The notes under the pieces were generated by a model that was not told where the DNA came from, did no database searches, and worked only from the letters and a program-made list of their open reading frames with translations. From Thecamonas trahens ATCC 50062 (Eukaryota > Protista > Apusomonadida), in contig NW_013657665.1 of the NCBI RefSeq assembly GCF_000142905.1, forward strand, positions 436,039-500,038: a stretch of 64,000 nucleotides of DNA, written 5' to 3'. The translations under genes were made by a program, and so were the position numbers. Below are positions 10,645 to 21,171 of this stretch, piece after piece. Each line of letters opens with the position of its first letter. Position 1 is the stretch's first letter.

Positions 10645-13600
10645 TCACTCGCCGCGGAGAAAGGCGAGATCGTCGACCTGGCGCATGACCCACGCAGTGT
10701 ATGCCTCTCGGGCTTTGTAGTACTCGGAGAGGAGCGCCTGTGCCATGTGATTGCGGAGAAAGGCTTTTCTGTCCACTGACGGCGCCGAGAGCGCGCCGGT
10801 AACAAACGCAACCAATCCTTCGAGCGAAAGCGGCGCCGGCCTCATACCCGCAGCATTCGTCGGGACCAGCGTCTCGTACGTCCCGGGCTGTAGGCCGTCG
10901 TTCCACGCACAAGCTCCGGGCGTGATCATGTCGCCGATGGCAGACTCGAGATGATTGCGGACGGCCGGCGGGACGCGCCCGGCGCGCAAAGCGCGCTCCA
11001 GCCGATCAAGGGTGGCGGCAGACGCGTCCGCCGAGCAGAACGCTGGATGCTTGACAACAGCAGCGAGGCTCGGTCGCTTGCTCGGTTCGGCGTCGAGCAT
11101 CCACACCACCAAGTCACGGAGGAAGAGATCGGTAATGCCTGCGAGGTCGGGCGCAACTGGCTTGCCTGAGTTGAGCATGGCAATGAGCGCAAGGTCGTGG
11201 TCTCTGGCGTCTGGGCCAAACGGATACTGGCCACCAGAGCCGACAAATGCGAGGGCGACGCCAAGGGTAAAGACGATAGCCGACTCGCGGAGACGGAGGA
11301 GGCCTGCGCTGGCGGTGGCAGCGGCGGCGTCCAAGCCGGTGGGCAGCTCAAAGGCTGCGAGCAAGTCGGCACCCGGCTTACGGGCGAGGACCGCGAGGAC
11401 CTCGGGCGCCTGGAAGCGAAAGCCGGCGTGGGAAAACTTGGGCGGCTCGGTGAGACCGAGGTTCTCGGCGGCAGACGGCAGATCGACGACCCGCAAGTAG
11501 CCGTAGTCCGAGAGGACAACTCGGCCGTCACGGAGAACTAAGAAGTTGGACGGGCGGATGTCGCCAAAGCGCACACCGGCGGTAAAGAGCGCGTGGGTGG
11601 CGTGAGCCATCGACGCCGCCACAAAGACAAGCTCGTCGGTGCCGAGCTGGGCGCCGTCGACATACGAACCGTCGGCGAGGAGCTTGCCGGTCACCAGCGA
11701 CTCAACTGAGCAGAGCGCGAGCGGCATGGCGGTGATGACGCCAGTCTCGCTGGTCGTAGCTCCGGAGAGGGAGTATGCCGCGCCTTGGTGCTGGATGTGG
11801 TACGGCATGAAGAGCGCCTGCTGCGAGTGCGACAGAGTCGTCAGCGCCGCCTGTACCGACGGATCGGGGCAGATGATGCCAGAGAGGACCTCGCCAGGGA
11901 TTGTGGTTTCGTTGACAACCTTGACAGCGACAACCTTGGGCTGCGGCTCGCCAGGCAGTGTGAGTAGACCATACACGGTCTTCGAGTCGATGCCGACTCC
12001 AAGCTCGGCGGCCGGGGTGTCGAGGACGTGGACCGCTACACCATTGGCAACGGCTGCGACTTGCCGGACGACAGAGGGCGTTTCAACGGGCGTCAACCTC
12101 ACGCGGATCTCCATTGTGTCGGAGTACTCGCACCAGCGGTGGAATGAGGCGTTGTCCGTGAGTGGGGCGGCAGAGGTCGATGGTGGGTTGGCAGGAGCGA
12201 CAAAGCCCGGTGGAGTAGCAGGCGCCGTCGCCGCGGTAGGCGGGACGGAGACAGGCGCGGCAGCGGCGGCCCAGCTCGACGGGGCCTGGGCTGGGGTGGG
12301 GGCTGGAGACAACGCTGGGCTTGGCGCGGATTCTGGGGCGGGGGCCAGTGTCGGAGTTGGGGTCGCAGTCGGGGCCGGGGCCGGGGTCGCGGTCGCGGCC
12401 GTGGCCGAGGTTGTTGCCGCCTCGTCGGCTGCAATGCATGCTCGAAGCCAGATGACCGGCCATGGCTCCTTGCTGCTGTCGTTACGGGCAGATCGAAAGA
12501 GGTCGGTGTAGTTGGACGGTGCGCAGTGCTGGTGGCGGATGGCAAGAGTGGCCTCGACCTTGGCCTTGCCGACACGGACCGACATGTGCGGGTGCGCCTC
12601 GACGAGGGCGACGACAGCGTCACGGAGCTCGCGGGTCTCGCGGGCGAAAAAGTAGCCAATGATGTCGTTTGTGGCGGCATCGTCGCGGACATAGAGAGTA
12701 AACTCGCCCTGAAAGATGTCGAGGTGAGCGGCAAAAGCCTTCTTGGGATCAACCGAGCCGGTGTGTAGGCCGCCGATGCAGACGGTACGGGCGACCGACT
12801 CTACAATAAACTCGGCGATGGTTTCTGTCGGCGACCAGTCGAGCTTGCGGCCGAGTGCGACAAGCTTTGCAATGACCAAAAAGTTGTCGGACGAGATGTC
12901 GATGGCCTCGTCAACGACGCGTTCAGCGTAGTGCCACACGCGGTGCTGCATGCCGTCGGGCAAGTTGCGGAAGGTGTCAAAATCGAGAAGAACGTCCTCG
13001 ACAGCGTCGAGGTGTTCGTTGCGGGTTCGCCACACACCGAACAGCTCCTCGACGGCCTCGGATGTGGAGCGCTCGCGCGGAGCGGCATCGACGCCATTCT
13101 CGGTGGTGGCGGCGTGCGATGCCAACGTTTTCTTGGCCTTGGTCTTCGTCTTTGTCCCGGACGCAGAGTCTGCAAAGATCTTGGCGATAGAGTTGAGATG
13201 CGGGACGAGTCTAATGACGTTCCACAGCTTGCGCTCCTGAGGCGAGTGGGCCCACTTGCACTTGAGCCCGCTAGTGCAGTCTGGGCCATCGCGGGCCACA
13301 AAGTCGCACATGGCATACACCTTGTTGGCTTTCATGTACAGCGGCGGGACGACGGGGATGATACGCTTGGCGTCGATCTTCTTCCAGCCCTTCTTTCCGA
13401 GCTTGACGGCATACTGAATGGCGTCAGCGGAGAGGACACTAGCGGACGAGGACGATGCGGAAGTGGACGATGATGCGGATGACGATGTAGATGCCATTGC
13501 ATGCTCGCAGCGCGATGCGTGTGTGTGACTGGAGCAGAGCTCGCAGCGGACACCAGTTGATCTTCGGACGTGCTTGCAGCGGACGACGACCTTGAGCGAG

Positions 13601-13668
13601 GGCTGGCTGTCCCAGCACGGCTTGCAAAAGCCAGCGAGGATGTCCAGCGGGTGTACGGAGGATGCCAT
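10645..13668 (-). CDS. CCCH zinc-finger + IRE1/RNase L-like divergent kinase + degenerate KEN-like domain
   Basis: CDF..DGPDCTSGLKCKWAHSPQERKLW finger; VAVKVV, FGDIRPSNFL, SDYG, QAPE, SGGQYPFG, ML..EPSKRPSLAAVVKHPAF match IRE1-family kinase C-lobe motifs. Start taken as ATG 13668. Confidence 0.75.
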   Translation of the reverse strand: MASSVHPLDILAGFCKPCWDSQPSLKVVVRCKHVRRSTGVRCELCSSHTHASRCEHAMASTSSSASSSTSASSSSASVLSADAIQYAVKLGKKGWKKIDAKRIIPVVPPLYMKANKVYAMCDFVARDGPDCTSGLKCKWAHSPQERKLWNVIRLVPHLNSIAKIFADSASGTKTKTKAKKTLASHAATTENGVDAAPRERSTSEAVEELFGVWRTRNEHLDAVEDVLLDFDTFRNLPDGMQHRVWHYAERVVDEAIDISSDNFLVIAKLVALGRKLDWSPTETIAEFIVESVARTVCIGGLHTGSVDPKKAFAAHLDIFQGEFTLYVRDDAATNDIIGYFFARETRELRDAVVALVEAHPHMSVRVGKAKVEATLAIRHQHCAPSNYTDLFRSARNDSSKEPWPVIWLRACIAADEAATTSATAATATPAPAPTATPTPTLAPAPESAPSPALSPAPTPAQAPSSWAAAAAPVSVPPTAATAPATPPGFVAPANPPSTSAAPLTDNASFHRWCEYSDTMEIRVRLTPVETPSVVRQVAAVANGVAVHVLDTPAAELGVGIDSKTVYGLLTLPGEPQPKVVAVKVVNETTIPGEVLSGIICPDPSVQAALTTLSHSQQALFMPYHIQHQGAAYSLSGATTSETGVITAMPLALCSVESLVTGKLLADGSYVDGAQLGTDELVFVAASMAHATHALFTAGVRFGDIRPSNFLVLRDGRVVLSDYGYLRVVDLPSAAENLGLTEPPKFSHAGFRFQAPEVLAVLARKPGADLLAAFELPTGLDAAAATASAGLLRLRESAIVFTLGVALAFVGSGGQYPFGPDARDHDLALIAMLNSGKPVAPDLAGITDLFLRDLVVWMLDAEPSKRPSLAAVVKHPAFCSADASAATLDRLERALRAGRVPPAVRNHLESAIGDMITPGACAWNDGLQPGTYETLVPTNAAGMRPAPLSLEGLVAFVTGALSAPSVDRKAFLRNHMAQALLSEYYKAREAYTAWVMRQVDDLAFLRGE

Positions 13669-14546
13669 AGTGCGTGCGGGTGTGGGTGGGGGGTGGGGGT
13701 GTGGGGGTGGGTGCGGGATGGGGTGGGTGGGTGGGGTGGGTGGGGTGGGAGAGTGGCGTGCGGTGTGTGTTGTGTAGTGTGTGTGGAATGAGGTGGTGGT
13801 GGTGGTGGCCGGCGTCTGGGTTTGGGTCGGCTGGTGGCTATGGCCGGTGGTGGAGTGGGTGGGTGGCGGAGGAGGGGAAGGGGGGGGGGGGGGGNNNNNN
13901 NNNNNNNNNNNNNNNNNNNNNNNNNNNNNNNNNNNNNNNNNNNNNNNNNNNNNNNNNNNNNNNNNNNNNNNNNNNNNNNNNNNNNNNNNNNNNNNNNNNN
14001 NNNNNNNNNNNNNNNNNNNNNNNNNNNNNNNNNNNNNNNNNNNNNNNNNNNNNNNNNNNNNNNNNNNNNNNNNNNNNNNNNNNNNNNNNNNNNNNNNNNN
14101 NNNNNNNNNNNNNNNNNNNNNNNNNNNNNNNNNNNNNNNNNNNNNNNNNNNNNNNNNNNNNNNNNNNNNNNNNNNNNNNNNNNNNNNNNNNNNNNNNNNN
14201 NNNNNNNNNNNNNNNNNNNNNNNNNNNNNNNNNNNNNNNNNNNNNNNNNNNNNNNNNNNNNNNNNNNNNNNNNNNNNNNNNNNNNNNNNNNNNNNNNNNN
14301 NNNNNNNNNNNNNNNNNNNNNNNNNNNNNNNNNNNNNNNNNNNCGGCAGGCGTCCGAACCCCCCCCCCCCCCTCCCCCTCCTCCGCCTCCCCCCCCCCCT
14401 TCCCCCCTTCCCCCACCACCACCAGAGCACGGATAGAGGACATCGCCACCCAACTCACACTCAACTCACACCCATTTCCTCTCTTCCCTCCCTCCGTTCC
14501 TCCCTCCTCTCCCTTCCTCCTCTACCACACGCTCGGCACCGTCGCC

Positions 14547-15386
14547 ATGGATCGGCTACATGGCGCCCTGGCCCGTGCGGGGGCGCAGACGCAGCGGGCG
14601 CACGCCCGGAAGCCCGCACGCCCGGGCCGCTACCATTGCAAGGCGTGCAACGTGTGGCTCGCTGGCGACAAGCGGGCTCGTGCTGTCCATGAGGCTGGTG
14701 CCAAGCACCGCGAGGCTGTCGATGCCCTGCTGCTGCGCCAGCGCATGGCCGCAAAGGCGAACGCCAAGGCGGCCAAGGCCGACGCCGACATGCTAGCCGC
14801 CATCGACGCAGAGGCCCGCGCCGCACTCGCCCGCGATCTCGGCGCTGCTGCCGGACCGGGCCTCGCCGTGCCAATCGCCCTTTCTGAGCCAGCCGGAGAG
14901 CCTACTGCGTGTTCTGAAGGTGTCGATGCCGGCGCTGATACCGATGCTAATGCCGATGCCGTGGCCAGTCTTGGAGCGGTAGCCGATGACGATACCACCC
15001 TGGGATCGACACAGTGGCTCTCGGTCGAAGAAGGCGAGGCCCGGGTGCTAGCCGGGCGGGCGTGGGACGAGGCGCGTGCTGCTGAAAAGGCCGAGACAGA
15101 CATTGCCGCCATCGAGGCCAACCGCGATCGGGCGGCCATGGCCGGTAAGGTCACTGTCGACTCGATCCGCGCCGCGCAGGCGTCTGTGGACCAGCTTTTG
15201 GCCGCCGATCTTCCGGCACCAGCACCAGCCGCTGCCCCGGTCGTCTTTAAGAAGAAGAAGCGCAAGCGAAAGGCCGCAGCCTCTGTCATGGGCCCGCCAG
15301 CTGCCGCTCCAACCCCGCCAGCTGCCGCTCCAACCCCGCCGCCCGCCACCGTCCTGCCTCCCTCCAAACGTCCCAAGCACGAGTAA
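14547..15386 (+). CDS. U1/matrin-type zinc-finger protein, WBP4/FBP21-like (splicing associated)
   Basis: RYHCKACNVWLAGDKRARAVHEAGAKH finger and C-terminal VVFKKKKRKRK basic motif. Confidence 0.7.
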   Translation: MDRLHGALARAGAQTQRAHARKPARPGRYHCKACNVWLAGDKRARAVHEAGAKHREAVDALLLRQRMAAKANAKAAKADADMLAAIDAEARAALARDLGAAAGPGLAVPIALSEPAGEPTACSEGVDAGADTDANADAVASLGAVADDDTTLGSTQWLSVEEGEARVLAGRAWDEARAAEKAETDIAAIEANRDRAAMAGKVTVDSIRAAQASVDQLLAADLPAPAPAAAPVVFKKKKRKRKAAASVMGPPAAAPTPPAAAPTPPPATVLPPSKRPKHE

Positions 15387-15516
15387 GCCGAGCTTCGGCC
15401 CTTCGGAATCAATTCCACATACCGATCCGTCAGGCCCAGCATCCGGCCATGCCGAGCCCAGCCCGCCGAGTCCGCCCGCCGGTCGAGTCCGGCCCGCGCG
15501 CCTGTCCCCTGGCACC

Positions 15517-15630
15517 CACCGCTCCCACCGCTCCCACCGCTCCCACCGCTCCCACTCCGCCTCCAGCCAGTGAAGCCACCCCACCCCACCCCACCACACC
15601 ACACCACACCACACCACACCACACCACACG
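15517..15630 (+). repeat. Intergenic short tandem repeats (CCACCGCTC)x4 and (CACAC)n
   Basis: Seen directly upstream of the PGM start. Confidence 0.85.
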
Positions 15631-15638
15631 CTCCAAAC

Positions 15639-16511
15639 ATGCTTGCCGCCACCATGCGGGCTGCCTCGGCCGCCACCACTTCCGCCGCTACCGCCACCGC
15701 CGCCACCGCCGCCACCGCCTCCGCCCGGTGGGCCCACACCCTCGTCCTCCTCCGGCACGGCCAGTCGCAGTGGAACCTGGAGAACAGGTTCACTGGCTGG
15801 GTCGACGTTGCCCTCACCGACGACGGGCGCAAGGAGGCCGCCACCGCAGGCGCAGCTATGGCTGCCGCAGGCCTCGAGTTTGATGCCGCCTACACCTCGG
15901 TCCTCAAGCGGGCCATCTCCACCCTCAACATCGCCCTCGAGGTCATGGGCTCCGAGTGGCTCCCGGTCTCCCGCTCGTGGCGCCTCAACGAGCGCCACTA
16001 CGGCGCGCTGTCGGGCCTCAACAAGGCCGAGACCGCCGACAAGTTCGGCGAGGACCAGGTCCTTGTCTGGCGCCGCTCGTACGATGTCCCGCCGCCGCTG
16101 CTCGACACAGACTCGCCGTACTGGCCTGGCCACGACCGCCGCTACGCTGGCCTCGACAGCGACATCCTACCGCGTGGCGAGTGTCTCAAGGACACTGTCG
16201 AGCGCATCATGCCGTTGTGGGAGGGTGAGATGGGCCCGGCTATCGCCGCCGGCCAGCGCCTCGTCGTCGCTGCACACGGCAACTCCATTCGCGCTCTCGT
16301 CAAGCACCTCGACAACATCGACGACAACGACATCCTCGGTATCAACATTCCCACGGGCGTCCCGCTCGTCTACACTCTCGACGACTCGCTCCGCCCCATC
16401 CGCCAAGAAAACTCGGCTGGTCTCCTCTCTGGCGTCTACCTCGGCGACCCCGACGAGGTCGCCGCCGCCGCCGAGGCCGTCCGCAACCAGTCCGCCGCCA
16501 CCGCCCACTAG
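15639..16511 (+). CDS. gpmA: 2,3-bisphosphoglycerate-dependent phosphoglycerate mutase with N-terminal extension
   Basis: [64 protein letters not shown]. Confidence 0.96.
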   Translation: MLAATMRAASAATTSAATATAATAATASARWAHTLVLLRHGQSQWNLENRFTGWVDVALTDDGRKEAATAGAAMAAAGLEFDAAYTSVLKRAISTLNIALEVMGSEWLPVSRSWRLNERHYGALSGLNKAETADKFGEDQVLVWRRSYDVPPPLLDTDSPYWPGHDRRYAGLDSDILPRGECLKDTVERIMPLWEGEMGPAIAAGQRLVVAAHGNSIRALVKHLDNIDDNDILGINIPTGVPLVYTLDDSLRPIRQENSAGLLSGVYLGDPDEVAAAAEAVRNQSAATAH

Positions 16512-16715
16512 CCCCACGCCCCATCCCACACACCCACACACAACAGCAAACACATGCTCATGCCCGTGCACGCTCGTAGACTGCTGCACTCAGGCCGCCG
16601 TCCACCCCGATCACCTTCGACGAGCGCGGCTCCATTCGCCGCCGCCACCCCGCAACCACAAAACCGAGCCACCTCGCGTGGCTTGACGCCCATCACGTTT
16701 CCGGTCACATCCTGC

Positions 16716-17420
16716 ATGGCTGCTACACCCAGCCTGCAAACCACAACTCCCGATGCTTGCACTTCCTCTTTGGCGCCTGCGGGCGCGCATGCCGACGATC
16801 TCCCCCCGGAGCTCCTGCTCATCATCTTTGGCTTTCTCGATCCGGTGACGCTCAACCGCGTCGCCGGTGTGTCGAGGAGTTGGCGGCAATGGGCCCGCGA
16901 TCCGGTGCTGTGGAAGACGCTCTCCGCCCGCCACTTTCCGGCCACGCGCGGCTCAAGGCCATCAACCGACTGGTACAAGCTCTACCGCGGCATGTTCCTC
17001 GCTCAAGTGCCGCGGAAGCGGGCGGCCATTCTGCGGGCAACCGACTCGACCGTCGACGTCCCGCCGCTCCCGCGGGCTCGGCCGCGGCCTTCGACCCGTG
17101 GCCGGCTCGCCACGCTCGTTTTTCCGCGCCTGCCGTTTGCGGTTGACCTCGACGAGATTCGGGGTCTCGCTTCTGCGCACGGCTTTGTGCTACAGGCCAT
17201 CATCCGGAGGCGGCGGGCGTGGCGCGGGACAGATCGCGTGTGGTCCCACCCACGGCCTGCGCGTTCTGCCACCAGCTCGGCCACCGGCCTCGACGCGTGG
17301 GCAGAGGTCTTTATCAGGTTCCATCGTCCTGTCGACGCCCTTGCTGCTGCCGCGCATCTAGCCGACCTCACCTTTAACGGCATCCGCGTCGGCGTCGCCT
17401 GCCGCGACATGCATCTGTGA
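16716..17420 (+). CDS. F-box protein with C-terminal RRM-like domain
   Basis: DDLPPELLLIIFGFLDPVTLNRVAGVSRSWRQWARDPVLW (F-box); LVFPRLPFAVDLDEIRGL...VFIRFHRPVDALAAAAHLADLTFNGIRVGV (RRM-like). Start could be 16554. Confidence 0.8.
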   Translation: MAATPSLQTTTPDACTSSLAPAGAHADDLPPELLLIIFGFLDPVTLNRVAGVSRSWRQWARDPVLWKTLSARHFPATRGSRPSTDWYKLYRGMFLAQVPRKRAAILRATDSTVDVPPLPRARPRPSTRGRLATLVFPRLPFAVDLDEIRGLASAHGFVLQAIIRRRRAWRGTDRVWSHPRPARSATSSATGLDAWAEVFIRFHRPVDALAAAAHLADLTFNGIRVGVACRDMHL

Positions 17421-17428
17421 GGATGGCA

Positions 17429-20400
17429 CTACACGTGCGACGGTGGCGGCGGAGCCGATGGGCGACGTGCCGGTCGAGGTGGCCGCGGAGGCGACGACGA
17501 CGAGAATGAGCTCGTAGTAAACGACGGCTTGGGGAGGAGGGGGGCGCTTGGAGTCCGCCCGGTGAAGATAATGGCCGCGACCGAGTCGGTGGCTTGGGTG
17601 CTAGCCGCGGCGGGAGCGCCGGCGCCGGCTTTTTCGGTGGGAGTGCCGGCGGCGGACCCTTGGCTCTCTTGGGTGGCGGCGGCGGCGGCGGACCCTTGGC
17701 TCTCTTGGGCGGCAGGGCTGGAGGCGGGCCTGTTGTCGGTGCATCGTCCGGATTGTACGGCAGTGGATAGAGCCGGCCGCCGTCGACGTTGAGCTGGTCG
17801 GCTTCGGGAGCCTCGCCGAGCTTGGCGACAAGATTGACAAACCAGGCGTCTTCGGCGGCAGCGAGGCTGGCGAGCGCGTCGTCGACAGTCGCCTCGAGGT
17901 CGCTCGCCAGAAGTTCGGAGACTAGCTTGGGCCATGGCGTTGGGCCGTATCGCGCTGCACGCGCAGCCTCGAGCTCGTACAGGATGTTGGCCATGGACGG
18001 CCGCGCGTCGGCATCGGGCGCGGTCGCGGCAATGGCCAGCTCCAGCAGTGCTGGCGGGACCGAGGCCGGAACGTAGGCCCGGAGGAGCGAGTAGTCGAGG
18101 GTATACTCGGAGCCGCGGTCGCGGGCGAGTGGCGGGTCGTCGGCCTGCAGGCCGGTGAGGATCTCAAAGAGAACAATGCCAAACGAAAAGACGTCAGCCG
18201 TCGAGTCGTAGGCCTTGCCCATCCGCAGCTCGGGCGCCATAAAGTCCTCAGTCCCGCAAATGGTCATGCGCGAGCGGTCGATGCGGGAGCGCGAGCGGCG
18301 TGAGCGAGAGCGCGAGCGCGAGCGCGAGCGATCCGGAGCTGCAGGCTCGGGCGCGGCGGTGACTTCTTTGGTGGTGGCGGCAACGCGAGCAAAGCCAAAA
18401 TCGCCGAGCTTGGTCCGCCACTCTTGCGAGATAAACAGGTTCTCCGACTTGAGGTCGCGGTGGAGAATGTTCTGGGTGTGGAGGTAGGCCATACCGCGGG
18501 CCGAGTCGGCCGCCATCCGGAGCCGGATGTGCCAGCCGAGGCTGTGGCCGTAGTCGTCGAGCTGCTTGCGAACCGTGTCACGGGCCATAAACTCGGTGAC
18601 TAGCCGGAACGAGAGCCCGCCGTCGTCGGGAAAGACAGCGCCGACAAAGCTCAGCACGTTCGGGTGGCGCAGCTCCTGCAGGAGCCGCACCTCGCGGACA
18701 ATAAGCTTGAGGAAGGCCTTGATGACAAACGGCGGGAGCTCGGCATCGTTGACGGTGATCTCCTTGACCGCGGTCACGCTGCCCTCGTAGACGGCGGCGT
18801 AGACCTGGCCGAATGCGCCCTCGCCGAGCTCGTGGCCCATTTCGAGCTTGGCTGGATCCAGAAAGTAGCGAGGCTCGAGCCAGCTCCGCGCCATGACTGC
18901 CATTGAGTCGCCGTCGAGCGTCACAGCAGCCTCCGAGTGCGAGAGCCGGAGAAAGGCCGAGGCTGCATCAGCGTCCGAGACCCAAGCCTCGTCAAGTTCT
19001 CCCACCGGTCCGCCACGCTCAGCAGCGAGCAGCGCCTCGCGGTGGGCCCAGTACACAAGCAGGGCCTGCTCAGCCTGGTACGGATAAGTGGGCGGCGGAG
19101 CAGCAAAGAGCGGCTCCTCCAGCAGCTTGCCGAGCGTGCGGAGAGTGGCGAGCACGCCCGGCACGTCGCGCCGTTCCAGCAACGCTACAGGCTCAAACAC
19201 CAGCTGCTTGGGCAGCTCGAGCACCTCCATCAGCTGCGAGTAGAATGCGAGGGTCTCGTCGGGCGTGAGAAGGCCAATTTGAGAGTTGCCCTCGGCATCG
19301 CCGTCCTGCGGTGACATCCACGAGGTCAGCGCCTCAAGCGGAGCCGCTAAACACAGCCACTGGCCATCATAGATGCCGTCGTACAGACCGAGGTGCTTGG
19401 CCCGTGCCTTGGCGTCAATCGCGACCTCGTTGCCTGCAGACGCCAGGTTGGCCTCTAGCACCCGGTGCGACCACTCGAGGACGGCGACGGCGTCGGCAAG
19501 TGTCTGCGCCACTGTGGCCGGGTCGCGGAGCTCGCGCACAATGCCGAGCTCTTGGCCAACCAGCGACGACTCGTCATCAAAACTCGACAGAGTCGGGGTA
19601 GCCAAGTCTGGGAGCATTGGCGACTGTGGCGACGGCGGCGGGGTCGGAAGCCGTGGCTCTACTGGTTGCTCCGGTGAGTTTGTGGCCGATGCGGTGGCGC
19701 GACGCTCCCGCCGCGCGTTGGAGTCGAGGCGGGCCCGCGGCTTGGCGACTCGTCTGCGGGACGAGCGCGGTGAGTTGAGTCGGCGGGCGACCGGCGGCGC
19801 GGCCTTGGTCAGGTTGCGCCCAGCAATGATGTTGGAGGCGTGCGCGACCGAGACTGGACGCGGCCGCGACCGCGGGCGGGCCGGCGGTAGCTGCGGCTTG
19901 GGCTTGCGCTCCGGCTTGGGCGCGGGGCTTGCCGGCGGCGCCGATCCCGGGCGCGGCTTCTCCGGCAGTGCCGGCAGCGCGAACGAGGCCGGCCGCGGCG
20001 GCCGAGTGACCGATGCGCCTGGAAGCGCCGCGACCGACGACCGACGGGTTGGTGTAAAGTGGATGGCGGCGGCGGCCGTGAGCAGGGCATCGAGGGCGTA
20101 GTGATCTCTCCGCGAGGCGCGGACAAAGCCATGAGGGGCGGGGGTAGACGGAATGACCGCGTTGATGGAGGCCTTGTGGGCGGCCATGGACGCGCGAGCA
20201 ACGACCGAAGCCCGCGGGCCGGACCACGCCACCAGCAGATGGCGATGCGGCTGCGGGTCTGGGAGCGGGCGGAGGGCGAGAAAGACCCAGGCGCAAACGC
20301 CCGGTAGCAGCACCTCATCCAGCGGCGGTACGGTCTCGGAGCCCTCGGCCAGGACATGCAGCACCTTCTTCTTGTGATAGCCCAGGACGACGTAGCCCGA

Positions 20401-20460
20401 AAGAGCGTCAGCCACCCGTTGCAGGGCAGGCGCAATTTCCGGGTGGCTCGCGTCGCACAT
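17429..20460 (-). CDS. TKL kinase of LIMK/TESK (LISK) type with N-terminal ADF-H and CH-like domains and Pro-rich tail; probable frameshift error near 17540
   Basis: GEGAFGQV, AVK, HRDLKSENL, DFGFAR, RMTICGTEDFMAPE, DVFSFG; ADF-H-like YVVLGY...LLVAWSGPRASVVARASMAAHK; CH-like VFEPVALLERRDVPGVLATL. Confidence 0.85.
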
Positions 20461-20995
20461 GGCGGGGACGGATAGGGGCGGAGACGGAGAAGACGGGGAG
20501 TGGGGGAGCAGAGGTGGGTGTGGAGGGGGAGAACGGGGACACGGTGATGGGGTGTGGGAGAGGTGAGTGGTTGAGCGGATGCCAATGTCGTTTGACGAGC
20601 GAGCGGAGAGTGGCAAGTGGAGCTTGCCGGGGCAGGCCCACGGCAGGCCCGACGCGCAAGCCGGCAAATTAGACCGATTACCGCGATGAGGTCATGAGAC
20701 GGTAAAGGTGGTCCCTATGTTGTGTGGGTGTGGTCGTGGAGGGATCACATCTGCTCATTTGCGCCAAAGCTATGGAACATGTGTGAGGGATTGTGCAAAG
20801 AGAAAATGCTGTTGGTCGCTGATCAAGCTCGTGAGAGCTCTTTGTCGGTGGCAAGGAGAAATGCAGACAGAAGGACGGGAGAAATGAGTGTGCGATGGTG
20901 TTTACACACACTGCGGTCTATGTGTAGTGTGGGCGCATGCGCAGGTAGCAGTGGATGGCGGTGGGCTGATTCACGACCTTTTCCTGGGATGCGGT

Positions 20996-21049
20996 TGATG
21001 AGCCAGCTGATCATCAAGCTGATCAAGGCTTTGATCAAGACATTGATCA
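20996..21049. promoter_or_regulatory. Array of TGATCA palindromes at 12-bp period in a divergent intergenic region
   Basis: TGATGA at 20996; TGATCA at 21008, 21020, 21032, 21044. The regulatory role is inferred. Confidence 0.4.
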
Positions 21050-21171
21050 GCACGCCCGAGTCGGTTTGCCGTTGGGAGGCAGGCGCGGGTCTCACCCCCA
21101 CCGCCCCTCCTTCTCACCCTGAGCTACACTCGACTCCACAACGTGTGGGACAGTGCTAGCGGTGCCGAGCC

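Noticed and set aside
13332-14692. ORFs running through N gaps (also 25561-26627 and 31108-32621)
   Set aside because: Artefacts of Ns lacking stop codons
15639-16511. Bacterial contamination suggested by the gpmA-like gene and high GC
   Set aside because: Flanking genes are eukaryote-specific, spliceosomal introns are present and there is no operon or RBS structure
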